A DNA stretch of 59,898 bases, from contig PHEX01000004.1 in the NCBI GenBank assembly GCA_002843005.1, positions 1 through 59,898 of the forward strand, read 5' to 3'. A program made the position numbers and the translations under genes. The stretch is from Candidatus Anoxymicrobium japonicum. GTDB taxonomy: Bacteria; Actinomycetota; Geothermincolia; Fen-727; Anoxymicrobiaceae. Shown one piece after another: positions 30,080 through 38,653 of this stretch (the first letter of the stretch is position 1; each line of letters starts with the position of its first letter). The notes below the pieces were generated by a model. The model searched no databases. It was not told where the DNA came from and was given only the letters and a program-made list of their open reading frames with translations.

Positions 30080-31171
30080 ATGATCGAGAGAAAAAAGACA
30101 AAACGCATAATGGTGGGGGATGTGCCTGTAGGAGGCGGCGCCCCGGTGAGTGTTCAATCCATGACTAATACCGACACGGGCGATGTTGCCGCGACAGTGG
30201 CGCAGATACGCGAGTTGGAGAACGCCGGTTGCCAGATTGTCAGGGTCGCAGTGCCGGACGCTCGGGCGGCGGAAGCGTTGCCAGCCATCATCGCCGGAAC
30301 AAGGATGCCAATCATCGCCGACCTCCACTTCGATTGGCAGCTTGCCTTATTTGTGATGGAGCAGGGAGTGCATGGCATTCGCATCAACCCTGGAACTATC
30401 GCAAAAAAGGAGAGGGTAAAGGAGATCGGAAAAGAAGCCGCCAGGCGTGGAGTGGCAGTCAGGGTCGGCGTCAACGCCGGATCTCTGGAGAGGCGCCGAC
30501 AGGTCGAAGGCGTTACGCCCGCGGCGTCCGTCCTTGCCGAAAGCGCGCTCGCGGGGGCTCATGTGATGGAGGAAGCGGGCGTAGAGAATCTGAAGATTTC
30601 AGTTAAAGCCTCCGATGTCCCGCGCACGATTGACGCGTATCGCATGGTTTCCGAGCGCACCGATTGGCCGCTTCACATCGGGTTGACTGAAGCCGGCACG
30701 CTCTCCTCGGGCACGGTGAAGAGCGCGGTTGCCATTGGAGCGCTACTTGCACAGGGCATTGGAGACACCATACGTGTTTCGCTCACCGCGTCGCCTGTCG
30801 AGGAGGCGCGCGTAGGACGCAAGATACTGGGCTCGCTCGGCCTGGCGGAAATCGGTCCGCAAGTGATATCATGCCCCACTTGCGCCCGCGCCGAGATTGA
30901 CGTGATAACTCTGGCGATGGGAGTCGAACAGGCACTGGAGGGGATCCGCGCGCCGCTTCGCGTTGCAGTCATGGGGTGCGCGGTCAATGGCCCGGGGGAA
31001 GCGCGCGAGGCTGATATCGGTATTGCGGGCGGCAAGGAAAGCGGGTTGCTTTTCGTTCGAGGTGAAATGATACGCAAGGTAGCATCCGAGGAGATGATGG
31101 AGGAACTGGTCGCCGAGGTCAAGAAACTGGCGTTGGATGCGGTGGCCTGCCCGGGCGATAAGCAGAAGTGA
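30080..31171 (+). CDS. ispG: 4-hydroxy-3-methylbut-2-enyl diphosphate synthase
   Basis: Contains VQSMTNT, the Fe-S Cys residues in ISCPTCAR and VMGCAVNGPGEA. GGAGGG RBS. Confidence 0.95.
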   Translation: MIERKKTKRIMVGDVPVGGGAPVSVQSMTNTDTGDVAATVAQIRELENAGCQIVRVAVPDARAAEALPAIIAGTRMPIIADLHFDWQLALFVMEQGVHGIRINPGTIAKKERVKEIGKEAARRGVAVRVGVNAGSLERRRQVEGVTPAASVLAESALAGAHVMEEAGVENLKISVKASDVPRTIDAYRMVSERTDWPLHIGLTEAGTLSSGTVKSAVAIGALLAQGIGDTIRVSLTASPVEEARVGRKILGSLGLAEIGPQVISCPTCARAEIDVITLAMGVEQALEGIRAPLRVAVMGCAVNGPGEAREADIGIAGGKESGLLFVRGEMIRKVASEEMMEELVAEVKKLALDAVACPGDKQK

Positions 31172-31192
31172 AGAGTGAGAGGATAACGGAGT

Positions 31193-32899
31193 TTGAAAAT
31201 ATCGCGAGTGACCGTCCCGACGTTAAAGGAAAAGCCGGCGGAAGCGGAGGTGACGAGCCACGAACTGCTGCTTCGCGCGGGGATGATGAGGTCGTTCGCG
31301 TCCGGTATCTACACGCTCCTGCCGCTTGGCGCCCGCGCCCTTCAGAAGATAGAGGAAATCGTTCGCGAGGAGATGAACTCCGCGGGCGCTCTCGAGGTGG
31401 CGCTTCCATTTCTTCATCCGAGCGACCCCTGGATGCGCAGCGGCCGCTGGCACGCGTACGGCCCCGAGATGATGAGGCTCACGGACCGCCAGGGCCGCGA
31501 GTTTTGCCTTGGGCCTACCGCCGAGGAACTCATGACCATGACGGTCGCCCGCGGCGCGCCGTCGTACCGCGAGCTGCCCGTCAACCTTTACCAGATACAA
31601 ACCAAGTTTCGCGATGAAATGAGGCCCAGGTTCGGTTTGCTTCGCGGGCGCGAGTTCCGCATGATGGACGCTTACAGTTTTCACACATGCGAGGAAGACC
31701 TCGAGTCTATGTACGAGGCGATGCGGGTCGCGTACCTCCGGATCGCGGATCGTTGTTCGCTCGAGATATGTGTAGTCGAGGCCTCGACGGGGCTTATAGG
31801 CGGCAAAGTATCACACGAATTCATGGTTGTGTCCGAGGTCGGAGAGGATATCCTTGTTTACTGCCCCGGTTGCAATTATGGCGCTAACGGTGAGCTGGAG
31901 CGTCACAAGCCCGCGCGCGAGTTCGGTGGAGCGCCCGCGCCTGTGGAGGAGGCGCACACTCCTGGAATGGTATCAATCAGCGAACTCTCGGCGTTCCTCG
32001 ATGTGACACCGGATTCGGTTCTCAAGTGCGTGCTCTATGTTGTGGAGGGCGAGGCGCTCGCGGTGTTTGTCCCCGGTTACCGCGATGTCTCAGAGCCCAA
32101 ACTTGCCCGCGCGCTTGGCGTCGACAATTTTCACGTCATGAGGGATGATGAGCGCGGCCTTTATCCAGCGATAACGCCCGGCTTCACCGGCCCTGTCGGG
32201 CTTGCCGGCGCGCGCGCGCTGTTTGACGTGGAGGTCAAAGGCGCTTGCGGTCTTGTAACCGGCGCGAACAGGGTGGACTATCATCTTCGTGGCGCTGAGG
32301 AAGGTCGGGACTTTACGACGGCGCCACTCGCGGATGTCGCGGGAGTGGTGGATGGCGATCTTTGCGTGGCGTGTGGAAGTGAACTCGTGATAGCGCGCGG
32401 TATCGAGATAGGGCATATCTTCAAACTGGGGCTTAAGTACAGCGAGGTTCTCGATGCCGGCTTCACAGACACCGATGGGCGCGCAAAGCCTATTGTCATG
32501 GGCACTTACGGCATTGGAACCTCGAGAATGTTGCAGACAATTGTCGAACAGCATCACGACGAAGGTGGCATCAAGTGGCCCAGAGCGGTCGCTCCCATGC
32601 CGGTGGAGATCATCGTCATAGAGACCACGGGCGGCGCTCAGCGCGATGCGGCCCGGGAGATCGAGGTTGAGCTTTCGCGTCGTGGAATCGAGACTCTCAT
32701 CGACGACCGCGATGTAAGCCCGGGGATTAAATTTAACGACGCCGACCTCATCGGGCTCCCGATCCAGTTGATCACAGGAAAGAAGCTCCCGGCCTCGGGC
32801 GATGTGGAGCTCAAGATGCGATACACCGGCGAGAGAAGGGATGTGCCTGTTGGAGAAGCGGCGGTCGCTGTTGAGCGGGCTCTTCGGGAAGCGCGGTAA
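31193..32899 (+). CDS. proS: Prolyl-tRNA synthetase (bacterial type with INS editing domain)
   Basis: Contains TLKEKPAEAEVTSHELLLRAGM, class II motifs (FRDEMRPRFGLLRGREF) and a C-terminal anticodon-binding domain. Confidence 0.95.
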   Translation: MKISRVTVPTLKEKPAEAEVTSHELLLRAGMMRSFASGIYTLLPLGARALQKIEEIVREEMNSAGALEVALPFLHPSDPWMRSGRWHAYGPEMMRLTDRQGREFCLGPTAEELMTMTVARGAPSYRELPVNLYQIQTKFRDEMRPRFGLLRGREFRMMDAYSFHTCEEDLESMYEAMRVAYLRIADRCSLEICVVEASTGLIGGKVSHEFMVVSEVGEDILVYCPGCNYGANGELERHKPAREFGGAPAPVEEAHTPGMVSISELSAFLDVTPDSVLKCVLYVVEGEALAVFVPGYRDVSEPKLARALGVDNFHVMRDDERGLYPAITPGFTGPVGLAGARALFDVEVKGACGLVTGANRVDYHLRGAEEGRDFTTAPLADVAGVVDGDLCVACGSELVIARGIEIGHIFKLGLKYSEVLDAGFTDTDGRAKPIVMGTYGIGTSRMLQTIVEQHHDEGGIKWPRAVAPMPVEIIVIETTGGAQRDAAREIEVELSRRGIETLIDDRDVSPGIKFNDADLIGLPIQLITGKKLPASGDVELKMRYTGERRDVPVGEAAVAVERALREAR

Positions 32900-33119
32900 T
32901 GTCCCCTGTGGTTGGGTCGAAGTGGCAAGCGCGCCCAACCAGATTGCCGCGGGTATGCTCGAGGGCGCGCTCAAAGAAACTGGTATTCCGGTAATCATGA
33001 ACAGACTGTTTGTGTTTCCTTATTTTGGGATCGGGGGAATACACGGGGTGATAGTTCCCGAGGATCGCGCGGATGAGGCGCGCGAGATTTTGAAAGAGAT
33101 TTGGGAAATACGGGAGTGA
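32871..33119 (+). CDS. Small DUF2007-like protein (putative signal-transducing fold)
   Basis: Contains WVEVASAPNQIAAGMLEGALKETGIPV...PEDRADEAREIL. The start is uncertain: TTG 32871 or ATG 32841, both overlapping the proS 3' end. Confidence 0.45.
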   Translation: MSGLFGKRGNVPCGWVEVASAPNQIAAGMLEGALKETGIPVIMNRLFVFPYFGIGGIHGVIVPEDRADEAREILKEIWEIRE

Positions 33120-33757
33120 TGCTGGTGGGTTGTCCTTCAAGCGAAGAGTTGACGCGCGGGCAGGAAAGAGAAAAAGGCTTGCGCCGGTTCGGCGAGTGGT
33201 TTTTTCACCCGGTTCTGTGGGCTTTTTCCTCGTCGGGGATTTCGCCCAACATGATCACGGTATTGAGCATGTGCTTTGCCATGGCGTGCGGTTATTTCAT
33301 TGCTACCGGGCACGTGCTGTTGGGCGCGGCGCTTTTTGTGATTTCCGGCGTGCTGGACATTGCCGACGGCTACGTCGCAAAAAAACTGGACCGTGTGTCA
33401 GTTTTTGGCTCTTTCCTGGATTCCCTGCTTGACCGTATCAGCGACTCCGCGGTCTACCTCGGTGTCGCGGCGTTTTATCTTCGCTGTGACGAAGGCGTCT
33501 ATGTCGGTCTTGTGTTGGTGATGCTCGTGGTTTCCTTCCTTATAAGCTACACGCGATCCAGGGCTGAAACGCTTGGGGTGACCTGCAGGGCCGGCTTGAT
33601 GGCCAGGGCGCCAAGGTTTATCGCGCTCAGCGTGGGATTCTTTTTCAACGGGCTGTCGCCATGGGTGTTGCGGAGCGTTCTCTGGATAGTTGTGGCGCTC
33701 ATGGTTGAAACGTTTATAGCGCGATTTGTCGAAGTGTGGAAGAAGATTGATAAATGA
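33119..33757 (+). CDS. CDP-alcohol phosphatidyltransferase (context suggests phosphatidylinositol-phosphate synthase)
   Basis: Has the motif DIADGYVAKKLDRVSVFGSFLDSLLDRISD (DxxDGxxAx8GxxxDxxxD) and 5-6 TM helices. ATG 33119 overlaps the upstream TGA. Confidence 0.8.
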   Translation: MLVGCPSSEELTRGQEREKGLRRFGEWFFHPVLWAFSSSGISPNMITVLSMCFAMACGYFIATGHVLLGAALFVISGVLDIADGYVAKKLDRVSVFGSFLDSLLDRISDSAVYLGVAAFYLRCDEGVYVGLVLVMLVVSFLISYTRSRAETLGVTCRAGLMARAPRFIALSVGFFFNGLSPWVLRSVLWIVVALMVETFIARFVEVWKKIDK

Positions 33758-34629
33758 AGATCGTTTATTACATGTTCGTGCTCGGGGAAAAGGTGGTTTC
33801 CGCTCTACCAATCGGGTTGACGCGCGCTGTCGCCCGCGCCTGCGGCGTTGTTTACTTTTACGTGTTTCCGCGCAAGAGGCGTCTGGTTTTGAGGAACATG
33901 AGGCGTGTGCTGGGGCCGGATGCCACCAGTGCCGCGGTGAAGCGCGCCGCTTGTCGCGCGTGCCGTTCCTACGCTGACTACTGGGTGGACGTCATCTGGC
34001 TGCCTACCAGAACCCGCGATTATGTGCTCGAGCGTTTCGACACGATAAACGTGACAGCTCTCGAGGAGGTAATGGCCGGTGGCAAGGGCGCAATATTTGT
34101 GTTGCCACATTACGGCTCGTGGGAGGTAGGCGCCGTATATGTGTCCAGCCTCGGCCCGCTTGTCGCGGTCGCCGAGGCGCTCAAGCCCCCGGAGCTTTTC
34201 GATATGTTTTGCCGGTTGAGGGCCGATGTCGGCGTAGAGATCTTCCCGTACGATCGCAGATCTGAGACCAGGGACAAACTGGTGGAGGTTTTGAAAAAAG
34301 GAGCGGCAATCGCCCTGCTTTGCGATAGGGATTTGAAGGGCAGTGGTGTACCGGTGGAGTTCTTTGGTGAGCAAACTACACTGCCGCCTGGGCCCGCCGT
34401 GCTGGCGATGCGAAGCGGCTCGCCGATATTCTGTGCTGCCGTAAGAAACCTGAAGGGCAACAGGTGGTCGGGTCGTGTACTGGATCCGATCTACGTCGAC
34501 GGATCCGGCGACAGAGAAGAGATCGTTCAGGCGACGATGCAGCAGATTGCCGGAAACCTCGAGGTTCTGATCCGCGAGGATCCCACGCAATGGCACATGT
34601 TCATGCCAGCCTGGCCATCCGACCGCTGA
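33754..34629 (+). CDS. Lysophospholipid/lipid A-type (HtrB/LpxL family) acyltransferase, PIM acyltransferase-like
   Basis: Has an HX4[DE]-type box LPHYGSWEVG and the family-typical GAAIALLCDRD...FFGE...PPGPA. Overlaps the upstream stop (ATGA). Confidence 0.8.
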   Translation: MKIVYYMFVLGEKVVSALPIGLTRAVARACGVVYFYVFPRKRRLVLRNMRRVLGPDATSAAVKRAACRACRSYADYWVDVIWLPTRTRDYVLERFDTINVTALEEVMAGGKGAIFVLPHYGSWEVGAVYVSSLGPLVAVAEALKPPELFDMFCRLRADVGVEIFPYDRRSETRDKLVEVLKKGAAIALLCDRDLKGSGVPVEFFGEQTTLPPGPAVLAMRSGSPIFCAAVRNLKGNRWSGRVLDPIYVDGSGDREEIVQATMQQIAGNLEVLIREDPTQWHMFMPAWPSDR

Positions 34630-34724
34630 ACCCCCTCGCCCTTGATAAGCGAGGTGGATGAGAAAAGTGGAAAGTGACTGACGCTTTATCCTACTCGAGC
34701 GCGTCGGCTATCGCATTCAGGACG

Positions 34725-35135
34725 TCAGTCTGCCGCGCGAGCGTCGCGGGATCGTTGAATCAGGGCGCGCGCCAGCCCGGCGAGTTTCGCCATGACGCAC
34801 TGGACAATCGTAGCGCCCGCGAGCGCCAGCGCCAGCACGAGCAACGTCTCGACGCCCTCGAGGTCGGGGGATGCGAAGTGCCCTTTGCCTGAGAAGTACC
34901 AGGCGCATGAGGCGATGATGATAGTGGCGCCGAGGGTGTAGCTCGCCCATCTCCTGTCGGGGTAGCCTGTGACCGAAAGGCTGTTCAGGTGTTTCCAGGC
35001 GACCACGATCTGCCACAGCCCGATGAGGAGAGCCAGAAGAAAGAGGAACATCCCCGCAAAGTCGCCACGGAAGTGAATGAGCCTGGTCAAACGTCCACGC
35101 TTCTTTCGCGCTCGACGCGCGCGGGTGTTTTCCAT
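34725..35135 (-). CDS. Small hypothetical membrane protein (about 3 TM helices)
   Basis: Minus-strand ORF directly downstream of the PAP2 gene with hydrophobic segments FLFLLALLIGLWQIVVA, YTLGATIIIASCAWY and LLVLALALAGATIV. The start is uncertain (35135 or 35051). Coding status is not proven. Confidence 0.4.
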   Translation of the reverse strand: MENTRARRARKKRGRLTRLIHFRGDFAGMFLFLLALLIGLWQIVVAWKHLNSLSVTGYPDRRWASYTLGATIIIASCAWYFSGKGHFASPDLEGVETLLVLALALAGATIVQCVMAKLAGLARALIQRSRDARAAD

Positions 35136-35770
35136 GACGCGAGAAGCCGGTCGGCGCCGGAGTTGAGCCATCTGGCGGTTGGGGCGTAGATGGGCTCGGC
35201 GGCTTTGACTGCCAGTACGCTCCCCAGTCCCAGCAGCAGGCCTCCGACGATGTCCAGCGGGTAGTGGATGCCCGAGGTGATTCTCGCAAAACCAATGTAT
35301 GCGGCCATCGCCAGCATGACGGCGCCGGGCTTTCGCCAGTGCGCGAACACGCCGAATGCGAGGGCGAATGCCAGTGTCGCGGCGTTGGAAGGGAACGCCG
35401 AGTCGGTGTTATGGTAGAAAAGCATGTGGACCGTCTGAGTCGTAAAAGGCCGGGGTCTGAAGAACAGGTTGTTGAGCGCGAAAAGGATAATCATCGACGC
35501 GATCGCGGCCATGAGCGCGCAGATGATCGATCGGAAGGCCACTTCCCTTCCCTGGTGGTTTTTTGCTATAAGAAGCGTGGCGAGTGTCAGCAGGGTGAGA
35601 ACTATCATCACTATGTGGTCGTCCGAGCCGACGCGGATGAGCCAGTCGAGCCATGAGTTCCTACCCGCGATGGAGTTGAGAAAGTGGAACATGGATCTGT
35701 CGAGCCTTATTATAAACTGAAAGATGGCTGTCATGTTCTTCATGATATCTGATTTTTCATACATGCGCAT
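35087..35770 (-). CDS. PAP2-superfamily membrane phosphatase, divergent
   Basis: The C3 motif is present (ARITSGIHYPLD = SRx5Hx3D-like). The C2 position reads PSNA instead of PSGH, and C1 has RP without the upstream Lys. Six hydrophobic helices. The start could be 35743 or 35734. Confidence 0.7.
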   Translation of the reverse strand: MRMYEKSDIMKNMTAIFQFIIRLDRSMFHFLNSIAGRNSWLDWLIRVGSDDHIVMIVLTLLTLATLLIAKNHQGREVAFRSIICALMAAIASMIILFALNNLFFRPRPFTTQTVHMLFYHNTDSAFPSNAATLAFALAFGVFAHWRKPGAVMLAMAAYIGFARITSGIHYPLDIVGGLLLGLGSVLAVKAAEPIYAPTARWLNSGADRLLASWKTPARVERERSVDV

Positions 35771-35782
35771 GGAGGTGGAGCT

Positions 35783-36877
35783 GTGAAGATAGCGATTGTG
35801 TCGCCGTATTCATGGGCTTATCCCGGTGGTGTCAATAACCATATCGAGGGTCTTGCGCGGCAGATGGCCGTTCGCGGGCACGAGGTTGTGGTGATCGCGC
35901 CGGACGAGGGAACTGCCGTAGATGGCGCGCGCTTCATCAGCGCGGGGCGCTCGCTCGCGCTCCGGGCCAACGGCTCGATAGCCCATGTCGCAGTGGCGCC
36001 AGGAACCAGGCGGCGGGTCTGCCAGGCTCTTCTGTCGGAAAGCTTCGACGTGGCGCACGTGCACGAGCCGCTTGTCCCAATGGTTTCAACCTCAGCCGTC
36101 CGCGCCGCCAGGTGCAAAGTTGGAGGGACTTTTCACGCTGGACGCGAGAGCGCCTCGATTGCCTACCGGTTGGGGAGCGCTCTGTTTCGCAGGCGAATCG
36201 AGCGCCTTGACTTCCGCATTGCCGTCTCAGAGCCCGCGCGCCTGACGGCTTCGCGTTACATGCCGGGAGAGTACGAGATAGTTCCGAATGGTGTGGACAT
36301 GTCACGTTTCAATCCACGTACCGACGTCGCGAAGTCACGCGGTGGCGATCGCGAGATACTGTTCATCGGACGTAATGAGCCCAGGAAGGGATTGGACACA
36401 CTGCTCGAGGCGTTTCCTCTCATTTGCGATGAGGTTCCCACCTGCCGGCTGTCGGTGATTGGCGCCGGATTTACTTCAGAAGGCGTCCGGCGCTCTTTGC
36501 CTCACGGGTTGCGCGATCGGGTCACTGTTCTTGGCTATGTCAATAACGAAGAGTTGCAGGCGCATTACGCGTCCTCCGACATCTTTTGTTCGCCCGCGCA
36601 TGGCGGCGAGAGTTTTGGCATCGTGCTGATCGAGTCGATGGCGTCCGGGACGCCGGTGGTGGCGTCCGACATACCGGGTTACAGCGAAGTTGTCAAACAG
36701 GCGCCCGGGGGCCTGCTGTTCAAGAACGGGGACTCGCGGGATCTTGCCCGGGTTACTGTCAACATACTGCAAGACGACGCCTTGCGCGCGAAACTGCGAG
36801 AGGCCGGGCTCGAGGGTGTGCGCCAGTTTTCCTGGGAGCGCCTCGCCGAACGCCTGGAGCGAATCTATTCCGCTTAA
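35783..36877 (+). CDS. pimA: GT4 glycosyltransferase, phosphatidylinositol alpha-mannosyltransferase PimA-like
   Basis: Colinear with my recollection of mycobacterial PimA: MKIAIVSPYS..PGGV, FDVAHVHEP, IAVSEPAR, IVPNGVD, EPRKG and the EX7E box GGESFGIVLIESMASGTPVVASD. Confidence 0.75.
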   Translation: MKIAIVSPYSWAYPGGVNNHIEGLARQMAVRGHEVVVIAPDEGTAVDGARFISAGRSLALRANGSIAHVAVAPGTRRRVCQALLSESFDVAHVHEPLVPMVSTSAVRAARCKVGGTFHAGRESASIAYRLGSALFRRRIERLDFRIAVSEPARLTASRYMPGEYEIVPNGVDMSRFNPRTDVAKSRGGDREILFIGRNEPRKGLDTLLEAFPLICDEVPTCRLSVIGAGFTSEGVRRSLPHGLRDRVTVLGYVNNEELQAHYASSDIFCSPAHGGESFGIVLIESMASGTPVVASDIPGYSEVVKQAPGGLLFKNGDSRDLARVTVNILQDDALRAKLREAGLEGVRQFSWERLAERLERIYSA

Positions 36878-37008
36878 CTTTGGGGTCAGGTCTTTTTAAA
36901 GTTTAAGAGGGGTCAGGCACCGTCTACCTCTACGCAGTAAAGGTAGACGTTGTCAGACCCCTCTGGACGGACGATTGACTTTAAAAAAACCTGACCCCAA
37001 AGTTAAGC
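36874..37008. repeat. Nested composite repeat: family B outer 24-nt inverted arms ending in TTAA, enclosing a family A hairpin
   Basis: TTAACTTTGGGGTCAGGTCTTTTT (36874-36897) pairs with AAAAAAACCTGACCCCAAAGTTAA (36983-37006). The inner L/L'-like hairpin lies at 36909-36961. The pimA TAA lies in the left arm. Confidence 0.85.
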
Positions 37009-37053
37009 GATTTGTTGTATTATAATGTTGAAATTAACTTAGAGGAGGTTTTT

Positions 37054-37611
37054 ATGTGGGGGATAATAGCAGTTGTCGCGCTGGTCGTCCTGTTCGTCGG
37101 TGGCATCATCCTGCTGTTCAACAAGCTGGTGCGGTACCGCAACAGGCTGGATAACGCGTGGCATCAGATAGACGTCCAGTTGAATCGAAGGGCGGATCTG
37201 ATTCCAAACCTCGTGGAGACGGTGAAAGGTTATGCCGCTCACGAGAAGAGCACCTTTGAGATGGTCACCAAGGCGCGCTCCGCTCTGATGAGCGCGGGCA
37301 GCGTCGGTGAGAGCGCTAAGGCCGAAGGCATGGTTTCAGAGGCTCTCAAGTCACTGTTCGCGGTTGCGGAGGCTTATCCGGAACTGAAGGCGAATCAGAA
37401 CTTTCTCGCTCTTCAAGAGGAGCTCTCCGGGACGGAGAACAAGATTTCTTATGCCAGGCAGTTCTACAACGACTCGGTGATGGCGTACGATATCGCGCGC
37501 CAGAAGTTTCCGGCAAACGTGATCGCGGGTATTTTCCGCTTCAATGAGCCGCGTGAATACTTCGAACCCGAGACGCCCGGATACAAAGAGGTTCCGAAAG
37601 TCGATTTCTAG
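37054..37611 (+). CDS. lemA: LemA-family membrane protein
   Basis: Has an N-terminal TM segment, then [50 protein letters not shown]. Confidence 0.85.
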   Translation: MWGIIAVVALVVLFVGGIILLFNKLVRYRNRLDNAWHQIDVQLNRRADLIPNLVETVKGYAAHEKSTFEMVTKARSALMSAGSVGESAKAEGMVSEALKSLFAVAEAYPELKANQNFLALQEELSGTENKISYARQFYNDSVMAYDIARQKFPANVIAGIFRFNEPREYFEPETPGYKEVPKVDF

Positions 37612-37664
37612 AAAAGACGTCAGGTATTTCAGGGCGGGTTATATCGGTGGAGGAGCACTAAGAG

Positions 37665-38627
37665 TTGTACGAAGCGATATCTTCCAACAAGTGGAAATCT
37701 TTTCTGATGCTGTTTCTTTTCATCGTTTTTGTGGTGGGGATGGGTTACGTTATCGGGCTTGCGTGGGGAGGCACAACACACCCGGTGTTTGGCTTCGTCG
37801 GGCTTGGAGTCGCGGGGATCGTCGCTATTGGCATGGGGTTCGCCAGCTACTATAAGAGCGACAGTGTGGCGTTATCAGTGTCGGGCGCGCGGCCGATAGG
37901 GGATGACCCGCAATTCATAAGGTACCGGAATACCGTCGAGGGCATTGCCATTGCCGCAGGGGTTCCGACACCGCGTATCTACGTGATAGACGACGTCGCG
38001 CCCAACGCGTTTGCGACGGGACGCAACCCGCAAAACTCGGCGATTGCCGCGACTACCGGCTTGCTCGACATGATGAACGATCAGGAGCTGGAGGGCGTAA
38101 TCGCTCACGAGATGTCACACGTGAAGAATTACGACATACTTTTTCTTTCCATGACAATCGTGCTTGTCGGTATCGTGGTAATGCTCTCGGATATTTTCTT
38201 GAGGACGTTCTGGTTTTCCGATAACGACAGTGACAGTGACAGCGGCGAAGCCGGGCTCATACTGATAGTCATTGGCATAGCGCTTGCCATTATCGCGCCG
38301 ATAATCGCGCAGCTCATCAAGCTCGCTATCGGCAGGAAGCGAGAGTTTCTGGCGGACGCCAACGGGGCGCTTCTGACAAGGTATCCGTTGGGGCTCAGCT
38401 CCGCACTCGAGAAGATAGGCGGGGATGACCATCGTATGCGCAGAGCCAATAAGGCCATGGCGCACCTGTATATAGCGCAGCCGCTGAATCTCAGAAGCGG
38501 CAAGGGCAGCCGCATGAACAGGATGTTCGACACCCATCCGCCAATCGAGGAGCGCGTCGCGCGGCTAAACCGGATGGCAGGCAACTTTCAGGAAACCAGT
38601 GCAACAGGGGTCAGGTCTCAATACTGA
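37665..38627 (+). CDS. htpX: Zn-dependent membrane protease HtpX (M48)
   Basis: Has HEMSHV (HEXXH), 4 TM segments and the NAFATG motif. Confidence 0.9.
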   Translation: MYEAISSNKWKSFLMLFLFIVFVVGMGYVIGLAWGGTTHPVFGFVGLGVAGIVAIGMGFASYYKSDSVALSVSGARPIGDDPQFIRYRNTVEGIAIAAGVPTPRIYVIDDVAPNAFATGRNPQNSAIAATTGLLDMMNDQELEGVIAHEMSHVKNYDILFLSMTIVLVGIVVMLSDIFLRTFWFSDNDSDSDSGEAGLILIVIGIALAIIAPIIAQLIKLAIGRKREFLADANGALLTRYPLGLSSALEKIGGDDHRMRRANKAMAHLYIAQPLNLRSGKGSRMNRMFDTHPPIEERVARLNRMAGNFQETSATGVRSQY

Positions 38628-38637
38628 CCCCTGTTGC
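38601..38637. terminator. Hairpin GCAACAGGGGTCAG...CTGACCCCTGTTGC overlapping the htpX stop codon (family D/E related)
   Basis: 14-bp perfect stem with a 9-nt loop. The htpX TGA (38625-38627) lies inside the 3' arm. Confidence 0.6.
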
Positions 38638-38653
38638 ATTTATTGGATGGATC

